64,000 nucleotides of DNA from an uncultured Erysipelotrichaceae bacterium. GTDB taxonomy: Bacteria > Bacillota_I > Bacilli_A > RF39 > UBA660. The notes beneath the pieces are model-generated. The model was not told where the DNA came from. It saw nothing but the letters and a program-made list of their open reading frames with translations, and did not search any database. How positions within the stretch are numbered: the first letter of the stretch is position 1; every line of letters starts with the position of its first letter. A program made the translations under genes and the position numbers. This document shows, in pieces, positions 9,165-17,166 of the stretch. The stretch lies in contig CACYLI010000007.1 in NCBI GenBank assembly GCA_902775285.1, forward strand, positions 5,533 through 69,532. The letters run 5' to 3'.

Positions 9165-10376
9165 TTATTTATCTAATTTAAGTGAATTATTAGAATTATA
9201 TTTATATTCTAATTCTTTAAATACTTCATTAATAAAAATATAAGTGTTAGGGCATTCTAATTTAAATGTATTATCATTATTTAAATATCTTTTAACAGAT
9301 TCTGCGAAGTATTCGTGTTCATCTTTTGTACAATGATCGAATAATCTATATCTTGATAAATCTATTTTTTTAGAATATAGATTATTTGCTTCCATTTGAT
9401 AAATTCTAATAAAATCAAATGATGAACTAATATAATCTAAGTATACATCTATCATATGACCTATTTCATGATAAAAAGAAATAGATATTCCATCTCTATG
9501 TAATATAATGCTTTTTTCATTTTCTAAATACCATCCTCCATCTGGTAGACTATCTACTATATAAAGTTCATGATTAGTATAATAAAATATTTCCTTAATG
9601 TATTCTGGAAGTAATGAAAATAATCTTTCAAAATTAGCTAAAGCAACAATTGTATTGTTTCTTTTATCATCTTTAACACTTCTAAATAATCTTTCATTTT
9701 TATTAAATTTTACAAGCTGTATTTCTTCGTTATCATTTTCTTTAATAACATCAAATTTATTCATAAAATCTTTTTCAATTGTATTATCAAAAGTATAAGT
9801 AGTATCCATTACATGAATAATAGAGTTTTCATAATTATTATCTTCATTAATAAAACCATTAATTCTAGGAGAAATAGTGTATTCTTTTAATTTAGGACAA
9901 TTGAGAATATTTCCAATCCATATAGAATTTGGTGCATGAAGTGATTTTAAATTAGGATTGTTTCTAAAAGCATAATGATCTATTTCTGTAGTATTTGGCG
10001 CATAAACATTTTCAATAAAAGTATTATCTTTAAAACATTCATAATTAATTTTATATACATTTGATGGTACAATTACATTTTTTGTATTTCCATAATAATC
10101 ATATAAAGTGTTTTCTAGAATTATAAAATAAGAAACATTATCAAAATCAGTATTGTTTAATATATTGATACTTGCGTAAGTAAGAGTTTGAAAACTATTT
10201 AAATCATAAATCTTTTTAACATTAAATTCTTCATAATACTTTTTATCTAATTTAATTATAATTGGTCCATTATTTGATACTATTCCAAGAACAAATTTAT
10301 CATTCTCTTTTACTTTAAAACATAAATTATTGTATTTGTAAACAAGACTTTTATATATGTCTATTAATTTTTCCAT
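9165..10376 (-). CDS. anthrax-lethal-factor-like (ATLF/M34-type) zinc metallopeptidase domain fused to BspA-type leucine-rich repeats; no signal peptide
   Basis: HEIGHMID followed by HEYFAES and TYIFINEVF resembles LF HEFGH...EFFAE...TFQFINDQI. The N-terminal half has LRR_5-like repeats (VPSNVYKINYECFKDN..IENVYAPNTTEIDHYAFRNN). The GAGGTG RBS overlaps the track start, so ATG 10376 is preferred. Confidence 0.6.
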   Translation of the reverse strand: MEKLIDIYKSLVYKYNNLCFKVKENDKFVLGIVSNNGPIIIKLDKKYYEEFNVKKIYDLNSFQTLTYASINILNNTDFDNVSYFIILENTLYDYYGNTKNVIVPSNVYKINYECFKDNTFIENVYAPNTTEIDHYAFRNNPNLKSLHAPNSIWIGNILNCPKLKEYTISPRINGFINEDNNYENSIIHVMDTTYTFDNTIEKDFMNKFDVIKENDNEEIQLVKFNKNERLFRSVKDDKRNNTIVALANFERLFSLLPEYIKEIFYYTNHELYIVDSLPDGGWYLENEKSIILHRDGISISFYHEIGHMIDVYLDYISSSFDFIRIYQMEANNLYSKKIDLSRYRLFDHCTKDEHEYFAESVKRYLNNDNTFKLECPNTYIFINEVFKELEYKYNSNNSLKLDK

Positions 10377-10467
10377 AATTAACACCTCAAAATTGCATTA
10401 TATTATAACATTATGTAAAAAAATTATCAATAAAAATTGTTTGGGTATTTTATCTAAAAAATAGTTA

Positions 10468-10476
10468 TGTTATAAT
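10468..10476 (+). promoter_or_regulatory. extended -10 promoter element (TGtTATAAT) for tmk-thyA-folA
   Basis: TGTTATAAT about 85 nt upstream of the tmk ATG. Confidence 0.45.
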
Positions 10477-10494
10477 CAGTGTAGAGGTAATATT

Positions 10495-10543
10495 AATGTT
10501 AAGATAGATTGTATTTAACATGTTTTCCTCATGTTATTTTTTT
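10495..10543 (+). promoter_or_regulatory. candidate transcription attenuator (mutually exclusive hairpins, the second followed by T7) in the tmk leader
   Basis: ATGTTAA(10496-10502)/TTAACAT(10515-10521) competes with AACATG(10517-10522)/CATGTT(10530-10535), which is followed by a TTTTTTT run (10537-10543). Confidence 0.35.
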
Positions 10544-10560
10544 ATATAAGGGAGTGTTTT

Positions 10561-11295
10561 ATGAAAAGAGCAAAAATACTTGTGATTGAAGGAACAGATG
10601 GTTCTGGCAAGGAAACACAAAGTAAAAAATTATTAGAATATTTAGAAAAAAATAATTATAAAGTCAAATGTTATTCTTTTCCAGTTTATAGTAGTCCAAC
10701 TGGTAAAATTGTAGGGGGACCTTACTTAGGAAAAAGTGAAATTAATGAAACATATTTTGAGGAAACAAGTGCTGGAGTAGATCCTCTAGTTAGTAGTTTA
10801 TATTATGCAGCAGATAGAAGATATAATTTTTTAAAAACTATTGAAAGTGAACTTTATAAAAATGATATAGTTATTCTTGATAGATATACAACTTCTAATA
10901 TGGGACATCAAGCAGGTAAAGCAAAAAATATTAAAGAAAGAAACAAAATATTAAAGTTTATTGAAACTCTTGAATTTGACTTATGTGAGTTACCTAGACC
11001 TGATAAAGTTATTTTTTTACATATGCCTTTTGAAGCAGCTAAAGAGTTAAGAAAAGGAAGAGTAAATGGAGATGGTAATGAAAACTCTGAAAGTCATTTA
11101 AGAAATGCTGAAAAAAATTATGTAGATATTGCTAAAATATATGATTGGCATTATATAAATTGTATTAAAACTGAAAAATATAATAGTTTAGAAGATATTA
11201 AAACAATTGATGAGATTAGTGATGAAATTAAAGAAGTGGTAGATACACTTTTAAAAGAAGAAAGTGTTAAAATAAAAAAATTAACAAGATTTTAA
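10561..11295 (+). CDS. tmk: thymidylate kinase
   Basis: P-loop EGTDGSGKETQ and an LDRYTTS (DRY) motif. RBS GGGAG upstream. The track's start at 10531 lies inside a terminator-like hairpin. Confidence 0.88.
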   Translation: MKRAKILVIEGTDGSGKETQSKKLLEYLEKNNYKVKCYSFPVYSSPTGKIVGGPYLGKSEINETYFEETSAGVDPLVSSLYYAADRRYNFLKTIESELYKNDIVILDRYTTSNMGHQAGKAKNIKERNKILKFIETLEFDLCELPRPDKVIFLHMPFEAAKELRKGRVNGDGNENSESHLRNAEKNYVDIAKIYDWHYINCIKTEKYNSLEDIKTIDEISDEIKEVVDTLLKEESVKIKKLTRF

Positions 11296-11307
11296 GGAGG
11301 TAATAGT

Positions 11308-12471
11308 ATGACAGAATGGGATAGAGAATACTTGAAATTATGTAGAGAAATATTGGAAAAAGGAGTAGAAGTAGAAAATAGAACTGGAATTAATACTATT
11401 AAAATACCATCTTATGAATTAAAATTTGACTTATCTAAAGAGTTTCCAATTCTGACAACAAAGCAATTATTTCATAGACAGGCAGTTACAGAAATGCTAT
11501 GGATATGGCAAATGGGCTCTAATAATGTGCGTGAACTTCAAAAAAGAGGAGTACATATTTGGGATGAGTGGATGGTAGATAGTGATGGTATTTATAGAAT
11601 ATATGAGCCATTTGGAGAATATAATCCTGATAAAGAAGTAGAAGTTATTGATCCAAAAAGTGTACCTGTTAATGACCCTTTTGGAAGAACTCATAAGTTT
11701 GAAACTAAAAAAGATAAAAATGGAAATGTTATGAAAGCTAAAAGTATAATACCTGGTAAAACTATTAAAATGGCTAAATGGTATGGTAAAAAATATGCTG
11801 GTACTATAGGGACAGCATATGGTTTTATTACTAATAGATATGAACATGCAAGAAATCTAATAGAAACAATTAAAAAAGATCCAACAGATAGAAGAATGGT
11901 TAAAAGCTTATGGCAAGATGAATATTTAAGAACAGCAGTTTTACCTTCATGTGTTTGGTCAACAGAATGGGATGTAACAGATGGAAAACTAAATCTACTT
12001 GTTCATCAAAGAAGTTGTGATGTTCCACTTGGTCTTCCATTTAATATAACTCAATATGCAACTTTCTTAATGATGATAGCTCAAGTTACTGGATTAAAAC
12101 CTGGAACATATAAACATTCTATTAAAGATGCTCATATATATGTAAATCAAATTGATGGAATTAAAGAACAAATAAGAAGAGAAGAAAGATTTGATGAATT
12201 ATCTAAATTAAATAAAAATGAACTAATAAAATTAAGAGATGAACTTAAAAATAAATTAGATAATATTGAAGATAAAAAGAGTAGTGAATTTAAAAGTATT
12301 GATACAGAAGAAAGAATTGTAGATTTAATACTTGAACCTTCAAAACCTGAAATGTGGTTAAATCCAGAAATAGATGATTTCTTTAAGTTTGATAATTCTA
12401 AAGAGTTAAAAGATGTAAAAGTATTAAATTATAAACATATGGGTAAAATAGAATTCCCAATTGCACAGTAG
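11308..12471 (+). CDS. thyA: thymidylate synthase (ThyA), unusually long with two large insertions
   Basis: NRTGI, IWDEW, catalytic-Cys context LPSCVW, HQRSCDVPLGLPFNITQYA and AHIY. 387 aa compared with ~264-316 aa for characterised enzymes. Confidence 0.9.
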   Translation: MTEWDREYLKLCREILEKGVEVENRTGINTIKIPSYELKFDLSKEFPILTTKQLFHRQAVTEMLWIWQMGSNNVRELQKRGVHIWDEWMVDSDGIYRIYEPFGEYNPDKEVEVIDPKSVPVNDPFGRTHKFETKKDKNGNVMKAKSIIPGKTIKMAKWYGKKYAGTIGTAYGFITNRYEHARNLIETIKKDPTDRRMVKSLWQDEYLRTAVLPSCVWSTEWDVTDGKLNLLVHQRSCDVPLGLPFNITQYATFLMMIAQVTGLKPGTYKHSIKDAHIYVNQIDGIKEQIRREERFDELSKLNKNELIKLRDELKNKLDNIEDKKSSEFKSIDTEERIVDLILEPSKPEMWLNPEIDDFFKFDNSKELKDVKVLNYKHMGKIEFPIAQ

Positions 12472-12478
12472 GTGAATT

Positions 12479-12964
12479 ATGAGTTATTCAATAATTGCCG
12501 CTATTGGTAAAAATAATGAGTTAGGAAAAGATAATGGTTTAATATGGCATTTACCAAATGATTTAAAATTCTTTAAAGAAGTTACAACAGGTAAAACAAT
12601 AATAATGGGAAGACGTACTTTTGAGTCTTTACCAAGAATGCTTCCTAATAGAAAACATGTTGTATTATCTAGTAGTAATGATTTTCCTGATGGTGTATTA
12701 GTGTTTCATTCATTAGAAGAAATACTTGATTATTTTAAAGATTTTAATGAAGAATTATTTGTAATAGGTGGTGCATCTATTTATAAATTATTTTTAGAAT
12801 ATGCGAGTTGTTTATATTTAACTGAAATAGATAAAGAATGTAGTGAAGCAGATGCTTATTTTCCAAAATTTGATAAAAATTTATATGATAAGGAAATAAT
12901 AAAAGAGAATAGTGATAATGGTATTAACTATACTCATGTTTTATACAAAAGAAAAGAGATGTAA
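12479..12964 (+). CDS. folA: dihydrofolate reductase
   Basis: IAAIGKNNELGKDNGLIWHLPNDLKFFKEVT, GRRTFESLP and VIGGASIY. Third gene of a tmk-thyA-folA operon. Confidence 0.92.
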   Translation: MSYSIIAAIGKNNELGKDNGLIWHLPNDLKFFKEVTTGKTIIMGRRTFESLPRMLPNRKHVVLSSSNDFPDGVLVFHSLEEILDYFKDFNEELFVIGGASIYKLFLEYASCLYLTEIDKECSEADAYFPKFDKNLYDKEIIKENSDNGINYTHVLYKRKEM

Positions 12965-12975
12965 ATCTCTTTTTA
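12955..12975. terminator. weak hairpin between convergent folA and the yjcZ-like gene
   Basis: AGAGAT-GTAA-ATCTCT followed by TTTT. Confidence 0.35.
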
Positions 12976-13176
12976 ATTTCCACAACAATGATTTTTAGGA
13001 TTATTGTCAAAATTATTATTGTTTACAAATCCTACTCCAAAAATTATTACTAAAAGAATGAATAATACTAAAATAAATGCAGCTCCATATCCATAGCCAT
13101 TTGAATAATACCCAGGATATGTGTTATACATCATTTGATTATTAGCATATCCACCATTATAACCATAATAATACAT
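12973..13176 (-). CDS. YjcZ-like tiny Gly/Tyr-rich sporulation membrane protein
   Basis: 67 aa. A G/Y/N-rich N-terminus is followed by AAFILVLFILLVIIFG, the pattern of the tiny_TM_bacill/YjcZ family. RBS AGGAGG upstream on the minus strand. Confidence 0.6.
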   Translation of the reverse strand: MYYYGYNGGYANNQMMYNTYPGYYSNGYGYGAAFILVLFILLVIIFGVGFVNNNNFDNNPKNHCCGN

Positions 13177-13290
13177 AATATACCTCCTTTAATATCTATA
13201 ATATTGTATTAAAGTAGTCTTGTTCTTGACACAACTAAAACTATAGTTAATTTACAATTTATAGAATTTGATTTATAATTATGTTATATT

Positions 13291-14502
13291 ATGAAAAAGA
13301 ATAGCAATATAAAAAACTTTTTTAAAGATTTGAATAAGCCAATATTATTCTTGACTCTTTTTTATGCTATAGGAGGGGCTTTCTTAATATTAGATGCATC
13401 TAGTATTTCATCTGTTTTATATTATGGATTAGATACACCTTATTACTTTTTTATAAGACAAATAATTTTTATAGCAGTTGCAATTATTATTTCATTTTTT
13501 GTAATGTTATTTCCAACTAAATATTATAAGGGAGTTTCATTATTTTTATCAGTATTATTTATAGGAGTTTTATTTGTAGTTTATTTAAAAAATGAACTTT
13601 TTAGTACTTCTGTTAGTGATGTAACATTATCTATTGGAAATGGTAAATTTCAACCAGCTGAATTTTTAAAAGTATTTTTAATTATGTATATGGGAGCATA
13701 TTATGGAGCTTGGGCAAATAGAAGTAAACATGCTATTTTATCATTCTCTTTTCCACTTATGTTATGTATAGCATCTGCATTACTTATACTTCTTGGAGGA
13801 GACTTTGGATCTGCTGCTATAATGGTTGCTTTATATGCATTAGTATTTATGAGTGTTCCATCTAAAGAAAAAATAGTAAATACACTAAAAACAATTGCAT
13901 GTATTGGATTAATACTATCTGTGCTCGTATTAAAATTTGCATATAAAGTAATACCGCAAAAAGTACTTGAAAGTGATTATAGAGCTAATAGACTTATATA
14001 TAAAAGCCCTTGTGATAGATATGAAGATAATTCTGGATATCAAGTATGTAATGGATATATAGCGATTGATAATGGAGGACTTACTGGTAGTGGAATAGGA
14101 GAATCAGTTCAAAAATATATGTATTTGCCAGCAAGTCATACTGATTTTATTTTTCCAATTGTTGTTGAAGAATTAGGAGTAATAGCTGGAGTTTTAATTA
14201 TATTTGGATATATGGCTATAATATTCTTTGTATTTAAAGTAGCAACAGAATCATATCAACTTCAAAATTCAATTATTTGTTATGGTATAGCAATATATTT
14301 CATGTTACATATATTTGTTAACCTTGGAGGAGTTTTAGGAATTATTCCTTTAACTGGAGTACCTCTTCCTTTCTTAAGTTATGGTGGAAGTTTTTGTATT
14401 ACTCTTATATGTTCATTTGCTATTGTTCAAAGAATTAATATAGAAAATAGTCGAGAAAAAAGAAATAGACTATTAAGGAGAAAAAATTATGAAAAAGAAT
14501 AA
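13291..14502 (+). CDS. SEDS-family peptidoglycan polymerase (FtsW/RodA/SpoVE family)
   Basis: About 10 TM helices. Contains SHTDFIF and PLTGVPLPFLSYGGS motifs. Confidence 0.88.
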   Translation: MKKNSNIKNFFKDLNKPILFLTLFYAIGGAFLILDASSISSVLYYGLDTPYYFFIRQIIFIAVAIIISFFVMLFPTKYYKGVSLFLSVLFIGVLFVVYLKNELFSTSVSDVTLSIGNGKFQPAEFLKVFLIMYMGAYYGAWANRSKHAILSFSFPLMLCIASALLILLGGDFGSAAIMVALYALVFMSVPSKEKIVNTLKTIACIGLILSVLVLKFAYKVIPQKVLESDYRANRLIYKSPCDRYEDNSGYQVCNGYIAIDNGGLTGSGIGESVQKYMYLPASHTDFIFPIVVEELGVIAGVLIIFGYMAIIFFVFKVATESYQLQNSIICYGIAIYFMLHIFVNLGGVLGIIPLTGVPLPFLSYGGSFCITLICSFAIVQRINIENSREKRNRLLRRKNYEKE

Positions 14503-15247
14503 ACCATTAGAAATATTATTAATTATTTTAGCAATCAGTTTATTAGGATATTTAGTTTACGTTAAAGAATTTAAAAAAGAAAAAGTAAATGATTATGAAA
14601 AGAATGATCCTATTATAAACAATGAAACATCTATTATTAAGTGGAAAGATTTAGAAGATTTTCCAAAAAATGATAATATTAAATTTATTAATTTATCTTA
14701 TGATGAAATTAGATGTGAAGAGGATGATATTAAATATTGTAGTAAGATAGAATTACTTAAAAATAATAATTTATCTTTTAAATTAAATGATATAGATATA
14801 TTATTTAAATGTAGTAAATATGAAGATGATAAATGCAATGAAAATGAAATAACTTTAGATAATAAAATAAAATTTAGTTTTGGTATTAATGATGAATATG
14901 AAGATACAAATACACTAATATATAAAACAGATAATTATTATATAATAAAGCAAGAAAATACTATTTTTGGACAAGGAAAACTTATTATTTATTCTCTTAC
15001 TGGGGAAGTATTAAAAGAAATAAATAATAGTGTTACTGAAATTGACGTAGTAAGTGAAGAAGAAAATGAAAGTTATGAATATATTCCAACTATAAAAGAT
15101 AATAAATTATATATAGTTATGAGTGATTATTTAAATTATGAAAATGGACTAGATAATATTGTTCATTTTGGTTATATAGATTTAAGTAAGTCTTTTGAGT
15201 TTGTTGAATTATATCAAATAAAAGCTATTGTAAGCTTAGGAATATAA
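14489..15247 (+). CDS. hypothetical membrane-anchored protein
   Basis: N-terminal TM helix (ILLIILAISLLGYLVYV). Overlaps the end of the SEDS gene by 14 nt, suggesting translational coupling. No family recognised. Confidence 0.55.
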   Translation: MKKNKPLEILLIILAISLLGYLVYVKEFKKEKVNDYEKNDPIINNETSIIKWKDLEDFPKNDNIKFINLSYDEIRCEEDDIKYCSKIELLKNNNLSFKLNDIDILFKCSKYEDDKCNENEITLDNKIKFSFGINDEYEDTNTLIYKTDNYYIIKQENTIFGQGKLIIYSLTGEVLKEINNSVTEIDVVSEEENESYEYIPTIKDNKLYIVMSDYLNYENGLDNIVHFGYIDLSKSFEFVELYQIKAIVSLGI

Positions 15248-15267
15248 AGAAATGAATTAAAAAAAGC

Positions 15268-15296
15268 TTGATATAAATAGTTTTTTGTGTTATTAT
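15268..15296 (+). promoter_or_regulatory. sigma-A-type promoter of rplS (TTGATA-17-TATTAT with TG)
   Basis: TTGATA at 15268-73, a 17-nt spacer ending in TGT, and TATTAT at 15291-96. Confidence 0.55.
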
Positions 15297-15302
15297 CATA
15301 TT

Positions 15303-15379
15303 GCTTAATCCGATGTATGTACATATTTAGTTGTAAGTTGCATATAAGATTAAATAAAGCACAAAGGAGGATATAGAGT
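15303..15379 (+). ncRNA. rplS 5' leader (possible L19-leader-type autoregulatory element)
   Basis: About 77-nt untranslated leader between the predicted promoter and the RBS. L19 leaders are known in Firmicutes. The structure was not verified here. Confidence 0.3.
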
Positions 15380-15718
15380 ATGAACTTGATTGATAAGATC
15401 AACAAGAAACAAATTAAACCTGACACTCCTAATTTTCAAGTAGGAGATACTGTTAGAGTTGATGTTAAGATTAAAGAAGGTAAGAGAGAAAGAATTCAAG
15501 CTTTTGAAGGAATAGTAACAGCTCGTAAAGGTGGAAGTGTTTCAGAAACTTTTACTGTTAGAAAGAAAAGTGGAAGCATTGGTATTAACAGAGTTTTCCC
15601 AGTTAATAGTCCATTAATTGATAAAATTACTGTTGTTAAAAAAGGAAAAGTTAGAAGAGCTAAACTTAACTTCTTAAAAGATTTAACAGGAAGTTTTAAA
15701 ATTAAAGAAAGAAATTAG
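15380..15718 (+). CDS. rplS: 50S ribosomal protein L19
   Basis: FQVGDTVRVDVKIKEGKRERIQAFEG is typical of L19. RBS AAGGAGG upstream. Confidence 0.95.
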   Translation: MNLIDKINKKQIKPDTPNFQVGDTVRVDVKIKEGKRERIQAFEGIVTARKGGSVSETFTVRKKSGSIGINRVFPVNSPLIDKITVVKKGKVRRAKLNFLKDLTGSFKIKERN

Positions 15719-15737
15719 GTTTTAAACCTAATTTTTA
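15713..15737 (+). terminator. terminator/attenuating hairpin between rplS and lepB
   Basis: ATTAGGTTT/AAACCTAAT palindrome followed by TTTTT. Confidence 0.5.
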
Positions 15738-15759
15738 TTTATAGAAAGGGTGAAAGTAA

Positions 15760-16251
15760 GTGAAATTTTGGAAAGAAGCAAGAGATTATATAATTATAAT
15801 AGTATCAGTTGTATTAATTAGAACTTTTTTAGTCACACCAGCTATTGTAGATGGAGCTAGTATGGACGATACATTAAAAGATGGAAATCTTGTTATTATC
15901 AATAAAATTGTTTATAAAGTAAGTGATATAAAAAGATTTGATGTAGTAGTTGTATCAAATGAAATTAATAATGATAAAATTATTAAAAGAGTTATTGGCA
16001 TGCCTAATGAAACAGTAGAATATAAGAATAATAAATTATATATTAATGATAAAGAAGTTAAAACTAATATTAAATTTAAAGACACTGAAGATTTTATAAG
16101 AACTACTTCTGATAATGAGTATTTAGTTTTAGGTGATAATAGACCTGTATCTAAAGATAGTAGAGTACTTGGAAATTTCACTAAAGAAGATATTATTGGA
16201 AGGGTTAAAATAAGATTATTTCCTTTTAATAAAATTGGTAAAATTGATTAA
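15760..16251 (+). CDS. lepB: signal peptidase I
   Basis: S26 motifs GASMDDTL (Ser), KRVIGMPNE (Lys) and GDNRPVSKDSR. GTG start with an AAGGGTG RBS. Confidence 0.9.
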   Translation: MKFWKEARDYIIIIVSVVLIRTFLVTPAIVDGASMDDTLKDGNLVIINKIVYKVSDIKRFDVVVVSNEINNDKIIKRVIGMPNETVEYKNNKLYINDKEVKTNIKFKDTEDFIRTTSDNEYLVLGDNRPVSKDSRVLGNFTKEDIIGRVKIRLFPFNKIGKID

Positions 16252-16273
16252 GAGTAGTTTTTACTCTTTTTTA
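16250..16273 (+). terminator. terminator after lepB
   Basis: AAGAGTA-GTTTT-TACTCTT followed by TTTT. Confidence 0.6.
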
Positions 16274-16274
16274 A

Positions 16275-16303
16275 TTGAAAAATAATATATTTATCTGTAA
16301 AAT
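16275..16303 (+). promoter_or_regulatory. sigma-A-type promoter of the nfnAB-like operon (TTGAAA-17-TAAAAT)
   Basis: TTGAAA at 16275-80 and TAAAAT at 16298-303. Confidence 0.45.
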
Positions 16304-16326
16304 ATATATAGGATAGGTGAATATAA

Positions 16327-17166
16327 ATGTATAAAGTAATAAGTAACAAGAAAGTTAATTTAAATTCATTTGAAATGGTAATAGAAGCCCCTTCTGTATG
16401 TAAGAATTTTATACCTGGCCAATTTTGTATATTAATGGCAAATGAAGAAAGTGAAAGAGTTCCTTTGACTATATATGATTGTGATAAAGAAAAAGGACTT
16501 ATTTATGTAATATATCAAGTAGTTGGAGCATCTACTTTAGAATTATCTCATGTTAAAAATGAAATATTTAGTATATTAGGTCCGCTTGGAAAACCAAGTG
16601 AAATATGTAAAAATGCACTTGAATATAAGGATAAAAAAATTGTTTATGTTGGTGGAGGAATTGGAATAGCACCTGTTTATCCTCAAGTTAAATATTTAGC
16701 TTCATGTGGAATAAAAGTGGACGTCATATATGGAGCTAGAAGTGCTAATATGTTTATTATTAGAGATAAAATAGAAAGCGTTTGTAATAAAATTAGTTAT
16801 GCTACTGATGATGGCTCTTTTGGAATTAAAGGATTTGTAACAAATATTTTAGAAAAAAATATAGATAAATATGATATTTGTGTAGCTATTGGTCCAGTTA
16901 TTATGATGAAGAATGTTTGTGATGTAACTAAAAAATATAATGTAAAAACTATTGTTAGTATGAATCCAATAATGGTAGATGGTAGTGGAATGTGTGGAGC
17001 TTGTAGATGTGAAATAGAAGGAAAACCTAAATTTGCATGTATTGATGGACCTGAATTTGATGGACATAAAGTTAATTTTGAAAATGCATTAAAAAGAATG
17101 AATATTTATAAAGAAGAAGAAACTAAAAAATATGAAGAAATTAAAAAAAGATTAGGTGAAAAATAA
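16327..17166 (+). CDS. ferredoxin-NADP+ reductase/sulfide dehydrogenase small subunit (NfnA/SudB/PyrK-like FAD, 2Fe-2S protein)
   Basis: GGGIGIAP NAD-binding motif and a C-terminal Cys cluster (CGACRC..C). Paired with a GltD-like subunit. Confidence 0.8.
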   Translation: MYKVISNKKVNLNSFEMVIEAPSVCKNFIPGQFCILMANEESERVPLTIYDCDKEKGLIYVIYQVVGASTLELSHVKNEIFSILGPLGKPSEICKNALEYKDKKIVYVGGGIGIAPVYPQVKYLASCGIKVDVIYGARSANMFIIRDKIESVCNKISYATDDGSFGIKGFVTNILEKNIDKYDICVAIGPVIMMKNVCDVTKKYNVKTIVSMNPIMVDGSGMCGACRCEIEGKPKFACIDGPEFDGHKVNFENALKRMNIYKEEETKKYEEIKKRLGEK

